From Octopus sinensis (taxonomy: Eukaryota), in assembly GCF_006345805.1 (NCBI RefSeq), contig NW_021832172.1, positions 1 through 31,829 on the forward strand: DNA of 31,829 nt. Direction: 5' to 3'. A program made the translations under genes and the position numbers. This document shows positions 22,075 to 31,774 of this stretch, piece by piece. The notes beneath the pieces were generated by a model. That model had not been told where the DNA came from. It ran no database searches and saw only the letters and a list, made by a program, of their open reading frames with translations. How positions within the stretch are numbered: position 1 is the first letter of the stretch; every line of letters starts with the position of its first letter.

Positions 22075-22186
22075 TCATGCATCATATATGATGCACATTC
22101 GTAATCTTATTTTTTCAACCACTAGAGTAACTTAGGGCTGATGAAAGGACACCATTATATTACCCAGAACATATGAAACAAGAGCT

Positions 22187-22530
22187 GTGAAGGCACATGG
22201 CTCAGTGGTTAGAGCATCGAGCTTACAATCGTGAGGTTGTGAGCTTGAATCCTGGACTGGGCTGCATGTTGTGTTCTTGAGCAAGACACTTTATTTCACA
22301 TTGATCCAGTTCACTCAGCTGTAGAAATGAATTGCAGCATCACTGGTGTCAAGCTGTATCAGCCCCTTTTGCCTTTCCCTTGGAAAACACTGGTGGCATG
22401 GAGAGGGGAGGCCGGTATGCATGGGCGACTGCTGGTCTTCTATAAGCAACCTTGCCCAGACTTGTGCCTGGGAGGGTAACTTTCTAGGTGCAATCCCATG
22501 GTCATTCATGACCAAAGGGGCGTCTCAGCA
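22187..22530 (+). mobile_element. SINE family D
   Basis: A-box TGGCTCAGTGG and TGTGTTCTTGAGCAAGACACTT. Flanked by ATGAAACAAG on both sides (probable TSD). Confidence 0.87.
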
Positions 22531-22685
22531 GCATGAAACAAGTGTTAACTAAAAATCTGAAATCAAGCATGGACATTTAGGACAAACCTATGAAAATGAT
22601 TCAGACATGTAAAGAGGGTTAAGGGGTACCATAGAGTCCTGATGGTTTTACTGGTTGACCCAAATTCCAAACACAATCATTTTAA

Positions 22686-22899
22686 CCCTTTGACTGTCCT
22701 GTCTATCATATGCGATTCACAGGTTATTTTTCCCTGGCGTTAATGCATCACATATGATACAGATTCCAATTTAACCACCAGAGTAACTGGGGACTTAAGG
22801 AAAGCATTATATAACTCAGGATGTTTGGAACAAGGACCAACTGAAAATGAGCAAGGACATTGAGGACACACTTACGAAAATACTTGGACAGGCAAAGGG
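22686..22899. mobile_element. piggyBac-like MITE (uninterrupted unit of a four-unit array)
   Basis: TTAA at 22682-22685 and 22900-22903; TIR CCCTTTGACTGTCC / GGACAGGCAAAGGG (14 bp, 1 mismatch). Confidence 0.85.
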
Positions 22900-22997
22900 T
22901 TAATGTTACATAAAGGCATACTATACAGGTATATTTTGTATAACATAAATGCCACACTAAGTTGTCTCTTCTAACAGAACTGCTTAACCCTATACCT

Positions 22998-23408
22998 ATT
23001 TCTTTACTACCCACAAGGGGCTAAACACAGAGGGGACAAACAAGGACAGACAAACGGATTAAGTCGATTACATTGACCTCAGTGCGTAACTGGTACTTAA
23101 TTTATCGACCCCGAAAGGATGAAAGGCAAAGTCGACCTTGGTGGAATTTGAACTCAGAACGTAACGGCAGATGAAATACCTATTTCTTTACTACCCACAA
23201 GGGGCTAAACACAGAGGGGACAAACAAGGACAGACAAACGGATTAAGTCGATTACATTGACCCCAGTGCGTAACTGGTACTTAATTTATCGACCCCGAAA
23301 GGATGAAAGGCAAAGTCGACCTCGGCGGAATTTGAACTCAGAACGTAACGGCAGATGAAATACAGTAACGTATTTCACCCAGCGTGCTAATGTTTCAGCC
23401 AGCTCGCC
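22998..23408 (-). mobile_element. SINE family B head-to-tail partial dimer
   Basis: 22998-23180 duplicates 23181-23363. The whole unit is flanked by the 11-bp TSD ACCCTATACCT (22987-22997, 23409-23419). Confidence 0.92.
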
Positions 23409-23501
23409 ACCCTATACCTGTTTAACCCTTCGTGTACCATATGTAATAGATAAGACATGTTTCCCTGGCATCTATGCATCATATATGATACTATATATAT
23501 A

Positions 23502-23875
23502 AACTGAAGCACTCCGTCGGTTACGACGACGAGGGTTCCGGTTGATCCGAATCAACGGAACAGCCTGCTCGTGAAATTAACGTGTAAGTGGCTGAGCACT
23601 CCACAGACACGTGTACCCTTAACGTAGTTCTCGGGGATATTCAGCGTGACACAGAGAGTGACAAGGCCGGCCCCTTGAAACACAGGTACAACAGAAACAG
23701 GAAGAAAGAGCGAGAGAAAGTTGTGGTGAAAGAGTACAGCAGGGATCACCACCATCCCCTGCCGGAGCCTCGTGGAGCTTTTAGGTGTTTTCGCTCAATA
23801 AACACTCACAACGCCCGGTCTGGGAATCGAAACCATGAATCCGCTGCCCTAACCACTGGGCCATTGCGCCTCCAC
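23502..23875 (-). mobile_element. SINE family E, near full length
   Basis: Near-identical reverse complement of 18915-19298; flanked by ACTATATATATA (23490-23501, 23876-23887). Confidence 0.92.
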
Positions 23876-24393
23876 ACTATATATATATACACATATATAT
23901 ATATGATCTATATCATATATGATTTGTATATATGATATAATTTGTATCATATGATTTGTATCATGCATGATTTGTATATGTGATATGATTTGTATCAAAT
24001 ATGATACAAAGTTTCCAATTTATTTCTCAACCACCAGAATAACTTGGGGCTTATGAAAGGAAAGCTTTATATTACGCAGACCCTATGAAAGAAGGGCTAA
24101 CTAAAAGTCTGAACAACGAACAAAAAGCAGAGGTGTTTAGGAAAAGCTGATGAAAATGTTTTGGACAAGCAAACGGTTAATGCCACTTGTAAGATTATTA
24201 TAAAGATAAACTTTGTATAACATAATTCACAAACGTCACACTAAATTGTGTCTTCTAACCGAACTGCTTAACTCTATGCCTGTCTTGCGTATTATATGTG
24301 ATACAAAGGACATATATCCCTCGCGTCCATGCCTCATACATGATATGCATCCTCAATGTTTTTCAACTACCTGACTAACTTGACACTTGTTAT

Positions 24394-24589
24394 TCTTTCT
24401 TTTATCCGTTTCAGGCATTTGACTGAGACCATGCTGGAGCAACACCTTTAGTCAAGCAAATCAACCCCAGGACTTATTCTTTGTAAGCCTAGTACTTATC
24501 CTATCGGTCTCTCTTGCCAAATTGGTTGTCAAGCAATGTTGGGGGGGGGGGGACAAACACAGACACACAAACATATACAGGCATATATA

Positions 24590-24622
<33 letters not shown>

Positions 24623-24847
24623 GTATGTGTGCGTATAGCTGCTCAGTGCCTCTCCGAAAGAGAGAAGGATATATATATATATACGACGGGCTTCTTTCAG
24701 CTTCGGTCTACCAAATCCACTCACAAGGCTTTGGTTGACCCAAGGCTATAGTATAAAACACTTGCCCAAGGTGCCACACAGTGGGACTGAACCTGGAACT
24801 ATGTGGTTGGTAAGCAAGCTACTTACCACACAGGCACTGCTGTGCCT
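24394..24847 (-). mobile_element. SINE family A, near full length
   Basis: Reverse-complement match to the 20188 copy with an internal deletion; inserted in MITE unit 4. Confidence 0.88.
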
Positions 24848-25310
24848 ATGAAAGAAAAACTTCGTATTACTCAGAATATCTGAAACAAGGGCTAACTCAA
24901 TCTGAAAACAAGCATGGATATTTAGGAAAAAAAACCTGTGAAAATCCTCTGCTCAGGTAAAGATTAATTAGACAATTAAAAAGGGTGACATCAAGAAGGG
25001 CATTCAATCATGAAATTTTGCTTCAGATGTCCTTTCCATCCATGGCAGCATGGAAAACCAGACATGAAAACGATGAGGAGTTCTTTAATTGGAGTGTCAC
25101 GTGTTTACAAATATTTTAGTTTTAATTAAATATTTATAAATAATTAACCTAATGATAAGTTTCTAAATCATTAATTTGTAAACAACTTTTGATTAATGGG
25201 TTGTAAAGTGGTATGATTTTAGATATCATTGAAAAATACAATTTTCAAAAATAAACTTTTAAATTTCTTTTGCCAAATTTATCGACCTTTTCTCTAACAT
25301 GATATTGCTA

Positions 25311-25681
25311 TTTTTTATCTTTTACTTGTTTCAGTCAAACTACGTCCATGCTGGGGCAATACCTTGTAGAATTTTAGTCAAACAAATCAACCTCAGGACT
25401 CAACTATTTTAAAACCTGGTACTTCTTCCATTCTCCACTTTTGCAAATTGCTAAGTTATGGGGATGTAAACACACCAACATCGGTTGTCAAGCAGTGGTG
25501 GGAAAAAAACACAAATACACACACACACACACACATATGATGATGAGCGTCTTTCGGTTTTCATTTACCAAGTCCAATCACAAGGCTATAGTAGAAGACA
25601 CTTGCCCAAGGTGCCACATAGTAGGACTGAACCCCCAAACCATGTGGTTAGGAAACAAGCTTCTTACCACACAGCCACACC
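25311..25681 (-). mobile_element. SINE family A, diverged
   Basis: Tail TTTTACTTGTTTCAGTC through head CTTACCACACAGCCACAC. Confidence 0.85.
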
Positions 25682-25807
25682 TAGTTTTTTTTTCAGTCAG
25701 TCATGTCTCAAGTAAACTCCTGTACTGTGTCATTGTTGACTCAGTTTCCCATATACAATGGGTTCACCCACCATCACAAGCAAGGATTAAATACATATAT
25801 ATATATA

Positions 25808-26200
25808 CTAGCAGTATCGCCTGGCGTTGCTCGGGTTTGTAAGGGAAATAACTATATAAGCATTTTTAGAGAGTTATAGCCAAAAAATAGCAAAAAAATG
25901 CATTAAAAATGGAAAAAATATTATGGTAAATTTTTTTTTAAATCGTTGACTCATCGTAGACATTTTTAGAGAGTTACTTCCCTTATATAATAGCGAAAAA
26001 ATGCATCAAAATGGAAAAAAATGATGTTAAATTATTTTTAAAATCGTAGACTCATCGTAGACCTGCGCTAATACCCAGAAGGGGTATGAATCACGACTAT
26101 AAGATACCCGCTTTTGGTTACACTGCACCGCAAAATGTGGGAGTAGTTAGGAATCTAAATCGTAGGAGACAGACACACAACTTCACTTTTATATATAAAA
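25808..26200 (-). mobile_element. Non-autonomous Helitron-like element with intact 3' end
   Basis: Minus strand ends ...CCCGAGCAACGCCAGGCG (imperfect GC hairpin)-ATACTG-CTAG|T (CTAG at 25808-25811), within (TA)n and with no TSD. Internal about 100-bp tandem duplication (25861-25960, 25961-26061). Confidence 0.8.
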
Positions 26201-26316
26201 ATATATAAATGCATGTATACCATTTTACCAATATATATATATATATATATTGGTAAAAACGGTAAGATAACAAAAGAAAGAAAGAGACCTCAATATTATG
26301 TAAATAGAGGAAATTT

Positions 26317-26476
26317 ATCTGTAAAATAATATGTGACAATTATTCGGTAGCCAAGATAAAACTCTGAGTTTCAGAAGCTGAGGTGGAAATCCACAACACC
26401 ATCTCTTCAGTTGGCATCTGAAACTCAGAGTTTTATCTTGGCTATTGAATAATTGTCACATATCATTTTACAGATA
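26317..26476. repeat. Foldback palindrome (about 65-bp arms)
   Basis: ATCTGTAAAATAATATGTGACAATTATTC...AAACTCTGAGTTTCAGA pairs with TCTGAAACTCAGAGTTTT...TGTCACATATCATTTTACAGAT. Confidence 0.92.
26358..26412 (-). ncRNA. Hammerhead-like motif at the centre of a foldback element
   Basis: Minus strand reads CTGAAGA (intact core, 26404-26410)-GATGGTG...GTGGATTTCCAC...-GAAAC-TCAGA-GTT. Confidence 0.45.
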
Positions 26477-26539
26477 TCCCTCTCTCTCTCTTTCGGAGAG
26501 GCACAAGCACCTACACGCACATATGCACACACGGCAGTA

Positions 26540-26681
26540 ACTTCCGCCTACCGAATTCAATCACAAAGCTCCGGTCAGCTCGGGGCTATAGTGGAAGACA
26601 CCTACCCAAAGTGCCACGCAGTGGGACTGAACCCGAAACCATGTAGCTAGGAAGCAAGCTCCCTAACCACACAGCCATGCC
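26540..26681 (-). mobile_element. SINE family A head
   Basis: GCTATAGTGGAAGACACC...GTGGGACTGAACCCGAAACCATGT...ACCACACAGCCATGCC. Confidence 0.8.
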
Positions 26682-26684
26682 CGA

Positions 26685-26815
26685 TACATGTGTATATATG
26701 TGTGTGTGTGTGTGTGTGTTATATATATATATATAACACACATACACACACACATATATATACATGCACACACATACATATATACACATACATATTTATA
26801 TACACACACACAAAC

Positions 26816-26848
<33 letters not shown>

Positions 26849-26887
26849 CACACACTCATACATACAGACACACATACATACATATAG
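26685..26887. repeat. Compound (TG)/(TA)/(CA) microsatellite
   Basis: Direct inspection. Confidence 0.92.
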
Positions 26888-27685
26888 TCTTAAGAATCCA
26901 TAAACTTCAAGAGAATGTGAACTGAACAGTTCATTTTTGGAACAATGATGGATCTCGGGGCCAAAGTTGAAGATTGCTTTCACATTTCCGCATCCAAAGG
27001 GATATTTAACCCAATTTTTACACATTATTACTCATAGTTTTATCTGCTACTCACTTTCTGTCTGTCTGTCTTATACATACATCAAACACTTTCTTCTATA
27101 AACACAGGAGAACACGCCACTAAGCAATACCTATCTATGTGATGTTAGTCCCTCATCAGTACACAAGTTACAATTGATTTCACCTGTAAATGTCAGTACA
27201 GCAACAACAACAACAACAACAACAACAATACCAACACCATCAGCAACAACATCAACAGCAGCAAAAAAAAAAAGACAAAAAAAAAATCCAGCAGCATTAA
27301 CAATAAATAATCAGTATGCAATTAACCCAGCTATCTCGTTTAATTAAAACGAGATAGTAGATACCGGGGAGCAGGTAATTTACATCTGTGGACCAATGAA
27401 AATGGCTGTAAGGAGGGAAAAGAGGAACAACATGAGGGTTGGGGGTGGCAGGGAGGTGAGGTGTGTGTGAGAGAGAGGGGGGGGTGAAGGTGAAGGGAGG
27501 ATTGAACTTGGATCCTTAGCATGGTTCAGGCAGGCAGACAGGCATGATGCTTAATAATGTGGTTTATGTTGAGATTTAATGCAAAGGATATGAGAGAAGA
27601 ATACAGAAACACACATGCACACACATTAACATATATATAATTATACACACACATGTATGTGTATATATATATATATATATATATT

Positions 27686-27893
27686 TATTTTTACTTGTTT
27701 CAGTCATTTGACTGCGGCCATGCTGGAGCACCGCTTTAATCAAGCAACTCAACCCCGGGACTTATTCTTTTGTAAGCCCAGTACTTATTCTATCGGTCTC
27801 TTTTGCCGAACCGCTAAGTAATGGGGACGTAACACACCAGTATCGGTTGTCAAGCAATGCTAAGGGACAAACACAGACACACAAACACACACA

Positions 27894-27933
<40 letters not shown>

Positions 27934-28113
27934 CTATATACACACATACCGACGGGCTTCTTTCAGTTTCCGTCTACCAATCCACTCACAAGGCTTTGGT
28001 CGGCCCGAGGCTATAGCAGAAGTCACTTGCCCAAGGTGCCTCGGAGTGGGACTGAACCCGGAACCATGTGGTTGGTTAGAAAGCTACTTACCACCACACG
28101 CCCTCCTGTTGCC
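27686..28113 (-). mobile_element. SINE family A, full length, CpG-rich (young-looking)
   Basis: Continuous match; retains many CpGs (GACGGGC, GGTCGGCCCGAGG). Confidence 0.9.
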
Positions 28114-28228
28114 TATATATATATTATATATAATTTCAACAATTGAGGGTAAAATTAATTAGCTATTAATCAATTTCACCAAGTATTCAGTATGTAAATG
28201 GACCATTTAAGGCGAATTCAAAATATAC

Positions 28229-28534
28229 ATTGTATAAAAGGGCTTAGGTAAATAAATTACTTTGCCACATACTGACCTCATTAGAAATAGCAGCCAAAAA
28301 AAGATTTTTTAGCCATTTCTAATACTTAAAGAAATTTCTCTCAGATAGTGTTTACTCAAAATAACCCACGAAGGTATGTGGAAAAACATTAAAAAATCAC
28401 AAGTGCAAAGATTATTATCTGAGAGAAATTTTCTTTAAGTATTAGAAATGGATAAAAAATCTTTTTTGGCTGCTATTTCTAATGAGTTCAGTATGTGGCA
28501 AAGTAATTTATTTTACTAAGCCCTTTTATACAAT
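28229..28534. repeat. Foldback palindrome (about 119-bp arms, about 68-nt loop)
   Basis: 28229-28347 pairs with 28416-28534. Confidence 0.93.
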
Positions 28535-28686
28535 ATTAGTATATATATAATATATATTATATATATATATATATATAAATAATTGAAAAATAGGGTAAAA
28601 TCTTTATAAGAATTTATCAAGTAGTTAGCGTGAAAAGCCTCATAAGGGGAAAATCAAAAAATTTTTCCTCTTAAATGTATTTATAT

Positions 28687-28871
28687 TATATTGAGGGTAT
28701 TACTATACATAAATGCCACACGCTAGGAGGGACTTTAAAGTCAAAACTACCAAAATAAATAAATAAATTCCCTCGTATATTATATACAATGTGTTTATTT
28801 ATTTTGGTAGTTTTGATTTTAAGAGTCCCTCCTAGCGTGCGGCATTTATGTATAGTAATGCCTTCAATATA
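28687..28871. repeat. Foldback palindrome (about 77-bp arms, about 30-nt loop)
   Basis: 28687-28763 pairs with 28794-28871. Confidence 0.93.
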
Positions 28872-28884
28872 TATATATATATAT

Positions 28885-29080
28885 TAGAAAAAAAAACACC
28901 TTTTATCAATTCAAAATGAAAAATTAAATACCAAATATATACGTTTTATTTATTATTTTGCACATTTCTTAATCATTGTTATATTTTTTATCTTATATTT
29001 AATCTTTCTATTATATGTAATTTTCTAGATGGTGTAATTTAATTTTTCATTTTGAATTGATAAAAGGTGTTTTTTTTTTA
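28885..29080. repeat. Foldback palindrome (about 48-bp arms, about 95-nt loop)
   Basis: AAAAAAAACACCTTTTATCAATTCAAAATGAAAAATTAAAT pairs with ATTTAATTTTTCATTTTGAATTGATAAAAGGTGTTTTTTTT. Confidence 0.9.
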
Positions 29081-29179
29081 TAATTTATATATATTAAATT
29101 TTGTCAAATTTGATTTAGTATTTCTAAATTGAATTTTTCCCTGTAAGTTTGGAATAATATTCCCTAATATTATTATCAA

Positions 29180-29395
29180 CCCTTTCATTATTGTATTTAT
29201 TTTGAGATGTTCTGTGTTTCTCTCAATTACTTTAAATATAACAAAGAATTTGTAAAACAGCTTAGTTATCATTAAGTTAGTGTCAGGAACATAAATTGTG
29301 ACTAAGGTTTGATAGATTTTAATTCAGAACTCATAAAAGCAAGACATTTGTACTCAGAGCCAGAGCCGGTTCCAGCCAGGTTGGTAATGAAAGGG
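29180..29395. mobile_element. piggyBac-like MITE
   Basis: Perfect 11-bp TIR CCCTTTCATTA / TAATGAAAGGG; flanks TCAA (29176-29179) and TTAA (29396-29399). Confidence 0.8.
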
Positions 29396-29429
29396 TTAAA
29401 AGGGGAAAAAGAAAACTACATAAAACTCA

Positions 29430-29700
29430 TCAAGCAAGGTTATTATCAATGACCTGACTATTTCTCCAATATCAGACAAGGAATATCAAATGTATTTAGG
29501 AATGGATAAAATAGTTCTTATGATAGAAGTTGCCATAAGGAGCATATCACCAGAGAATATAATACCAGGATAAAGACAATATGGTTCTTGGAACTTTCTA
29601 AGGGCAATAAACCAATAGCCCACAATATATTTACTGACCAGTATTCATATGGACATTCAAGCGGTTTGACTGGACGCTAGATGAGATTTGGACCATTTCA
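29430..29700 (+). mobile_element. Old R4/Dong-like LINE fragment (post-RT region)
   Basis: Manual translation across frameshifts gives YQMYLGMDK...KEHITREYNTRIKTIWFLELSKGNKPIAHNIF...PVFIWTFKRFDWTLDEI. This is collinear with YKYLGINE...KEKIRKECYRRVRAVLKSELNARNK...PVVTYSYNVLNWNMSEV of the 6574 element. Confidence 0.75.
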
Positions 29701-29760
29701 GTTGGAAAACATATTTTAGTGATTCAAAACCATACAAAAACAAAAAAAAAACATAACATT

Positions 29761-30567
29761 ATCTTTTAATCTTTTACTTGTTTCAGTCATTAGGCTGCGG
29801 TCATACTGGGGCACCACCTTGAACAATTTGCTTTTAGTTGAATGAATCAACCCCAGGAGTTCTATTTAAAGCCTGGTACTTATTCTGTCAGTCTCTTCTG
29901 CCACACTGCTAAGTTACAGGGACACAAACACACCAACAATTGTCAAGCGGTGATAGGGGGGACAAACACAGACACAAACATACACACACTATACACATAT
30001 GTATATAAATACATACAACTGGCTTCTTTCAGTTTCCGTCAACCAAATCAACTCACCCAAAGCTATAATACAAGAGACTTGGGATCTTTTCAGTTTGAAC
30101 GGCAGTTTTTAACATAATTTCTAGGTAACTAAAAAATTTTAAACTTCGTATACTGGTAGAATGTGTTTATAAAACATCTTTTTCTCTTGACTTTATTAAG
30201 AAAATTCTATAGTTTGTAAGATATTTGTTGTTTTTTCTGCAATTTCAACCAATCAATGACGTCTATTGACGTAAAAAACAGTCTGTGCCGTATGAATATG
30301 TCCCTCGTTTAAGAAACAGATTGGGTTTATTTACATTTGCGAAGAAAAAAAGATACCTTCCCCCCACCCCTAACCCTAACCCTAAAACAGATTGAAATGC
30401 AATAGATCGATACTAGGGTCATAATTATGGGTGACAATTTCATATGACACCACTAGAAAAAACTGCCGTTCTAACCGAAAAGATCTGAGACTTGCCCAAG
30501 GTGTCCACATATGGGACTGAACTCAGGACCTTTGGTTGGGAAGCAAGCTTCTTACCACACAGCCACA
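29761..30567 (-). mobile_element. SINE family A with nested MITE
   Basis: A homology at 29761-30081 and 30487-30567. Confidence 0.85.
30082..30486. mobile_element. MITE with 28-bp TIRs and 8-bp TSD (Merlin- or hAT-like)
   Basis: GATCTTTTCAGTTTGAACGGCAGTTTTT / AAAAACTGCCGTTCTAACCGAAAAGATC (2 mismatches); TSD GAGACTTG at 30074-30081 and 30487-30494. Confidence 0.9.
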
Positions 30568-30728
30568 TATATTATTTGTTATTTGGTGTCAGAATTTTCA
30601 TCCCACAAACTGTGACCTGGTCACTGATTATTTATGCTAAATCCTGAAATATTGTTAACTCATACCAGGAATTTCCATCAGTAGTAATGTAGGTCCCCTT
30701 TACTTTTAATGAAAAATCAGTGGCTTAA

Positions 30729-31136
30729 CCCTTTAGCATTCAGATTACTGTTAACCCTTTAACATTTAAAGGGACCATATCCAACCCAAATATTTTGTTT
30801 AATGTTAAAACTAGTGAGATCTTACTTCTCAGAACTACCCTCCAATGTCATTCTAAAAATAAACAATTACATCATTGAAATCTTGAAGTTACAGGATAAT
30901 GCATAATTAATTCAAAACAATACGAATAAATAAACATTTGACAGAGTAACTTGAATGCTAATCAGTTGAATAAATGCATATTTACTCATTGTTTTGAATA
31001 GACCAGGCATTATATCATAGCTTTGAGATATCAATGTAATTGTTTATTTTTAAAATGATATTGGCGTGAAAGGCTGGATCTGGTCAATTTGAACATAAAA
31101 CAAGTAGAATGTTTGGGCTGGATATGGCCAGGTTAA
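30729..31136. mobile_element. Two nested, inverted copies of a piggyBac-like MITE (family G)
   Basis: TTAA-CCCTTTAGCATTCAGATTACT (30725-30749), then TTAA-CCCTTTAACATT (from 30751). The inner copy 30755-30965 is the reverse complement of about 30970-31135. Confidence 0.72.
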
Positions 31137-31184
31137 GGTTGATTCAAACATGGTTGGTAAGCAAGCTTCTCACGGTATAACCAC

Positions 31185-31620
31185 TGGTAATTTGAAAGAA
31201 TACTGGCAGAACGTCTCTGTAATGACTCAAATAAAATGTAAAGGCCATACAACAGACATAATGATCTGAGACGAGAGTAAAATAAAATATGCAGAATAAC
31301 TGAACTCTGTTGGTTAGCAGATGTCAAGATCTCGATCAAATGTAAGGACAACAGGCCAGACACTATGATCAGAGATTAGGTTTAAAATTATACCCAGTAT
31401 TAGAAATCAGTTGGCCAACAGAGATCAATGTAATGTTAAGAATTGGTAATAATAAAACATTAAGATATTGGAGCTGTTGGTTATGTAACTAAGTGCCTCG
31501 GTACCATTGTTAAGAAGCTGGGTTTCACAAAGCCAAAAAATCATATATAATAAGAAGGTTGGCGCTACAAGCTATTCAAAGGAACTGTCAAATTATGTAA
31601 AACATTCTTGACGTTTATAC
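31185..31620 (+). mobile_element. Old R4/Dong-like LINE fragment (endonuclease/C-terminus)
   Basis: Manual translation gives KEYWQNVSVMTQIKCKGHTTDIMI, IKCKDNRPDTMI (PD motif), IGAVGYVTKCL and GTVKLCKTFLTF, matching the W...NKPDI...GALG...GT.H.LR layout of RLE C-termini. Multiple stops and frameshifts. Confidence 0.7.
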
Positions 31621-31774
31621 TTGTAGTAATATGTATAAGCACAGAGATATGTATATAGACAGTAGTGGACTGGGTCTAAAAATATTGGTTGCCAAGAGAC
31701 TAAGGGGGTCCACCTGCAACTAAAGTGGTATAATTTTATTTTTTTTTTTGTTAAAAGTATTCTTTTCAATTGTC

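Larger units (their letters stand above)
21755..24967. repeat. Degenerate tandem array of four related TTAA-bounded MITE units interrupted by SINEs
   Basis: Units at about 21755-22622, 22682-22903, 22984-24180 and 24268-24967 share TCCCT.G...ATGCATCA.ATATGAT, CAACCACCAGAGTAACT, GAAACAAGGGCTAACT and TTTAGGA...TGAAAAT in the same order. Confidence 0.75.

Noticed and set aside
22138-22186. CTGATGA...GAAAC hammerhead candidate
   Set aside because: No credible stem II or stem I, and the homologous MITE units read CTTATGA/CTTAAGG, so likely chance.
26663-27025. 120-aa minus-strand ORF with a complex N-terminus
   Set aside because: Two-thirds is microsatellite and the remainder has no recognisable motif or good splice signals.
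30368-30385. Interstitial telomere or chromosome fusion scar
   Set aside because: Only three units, located inside a MITE with TIRs and a TSD.
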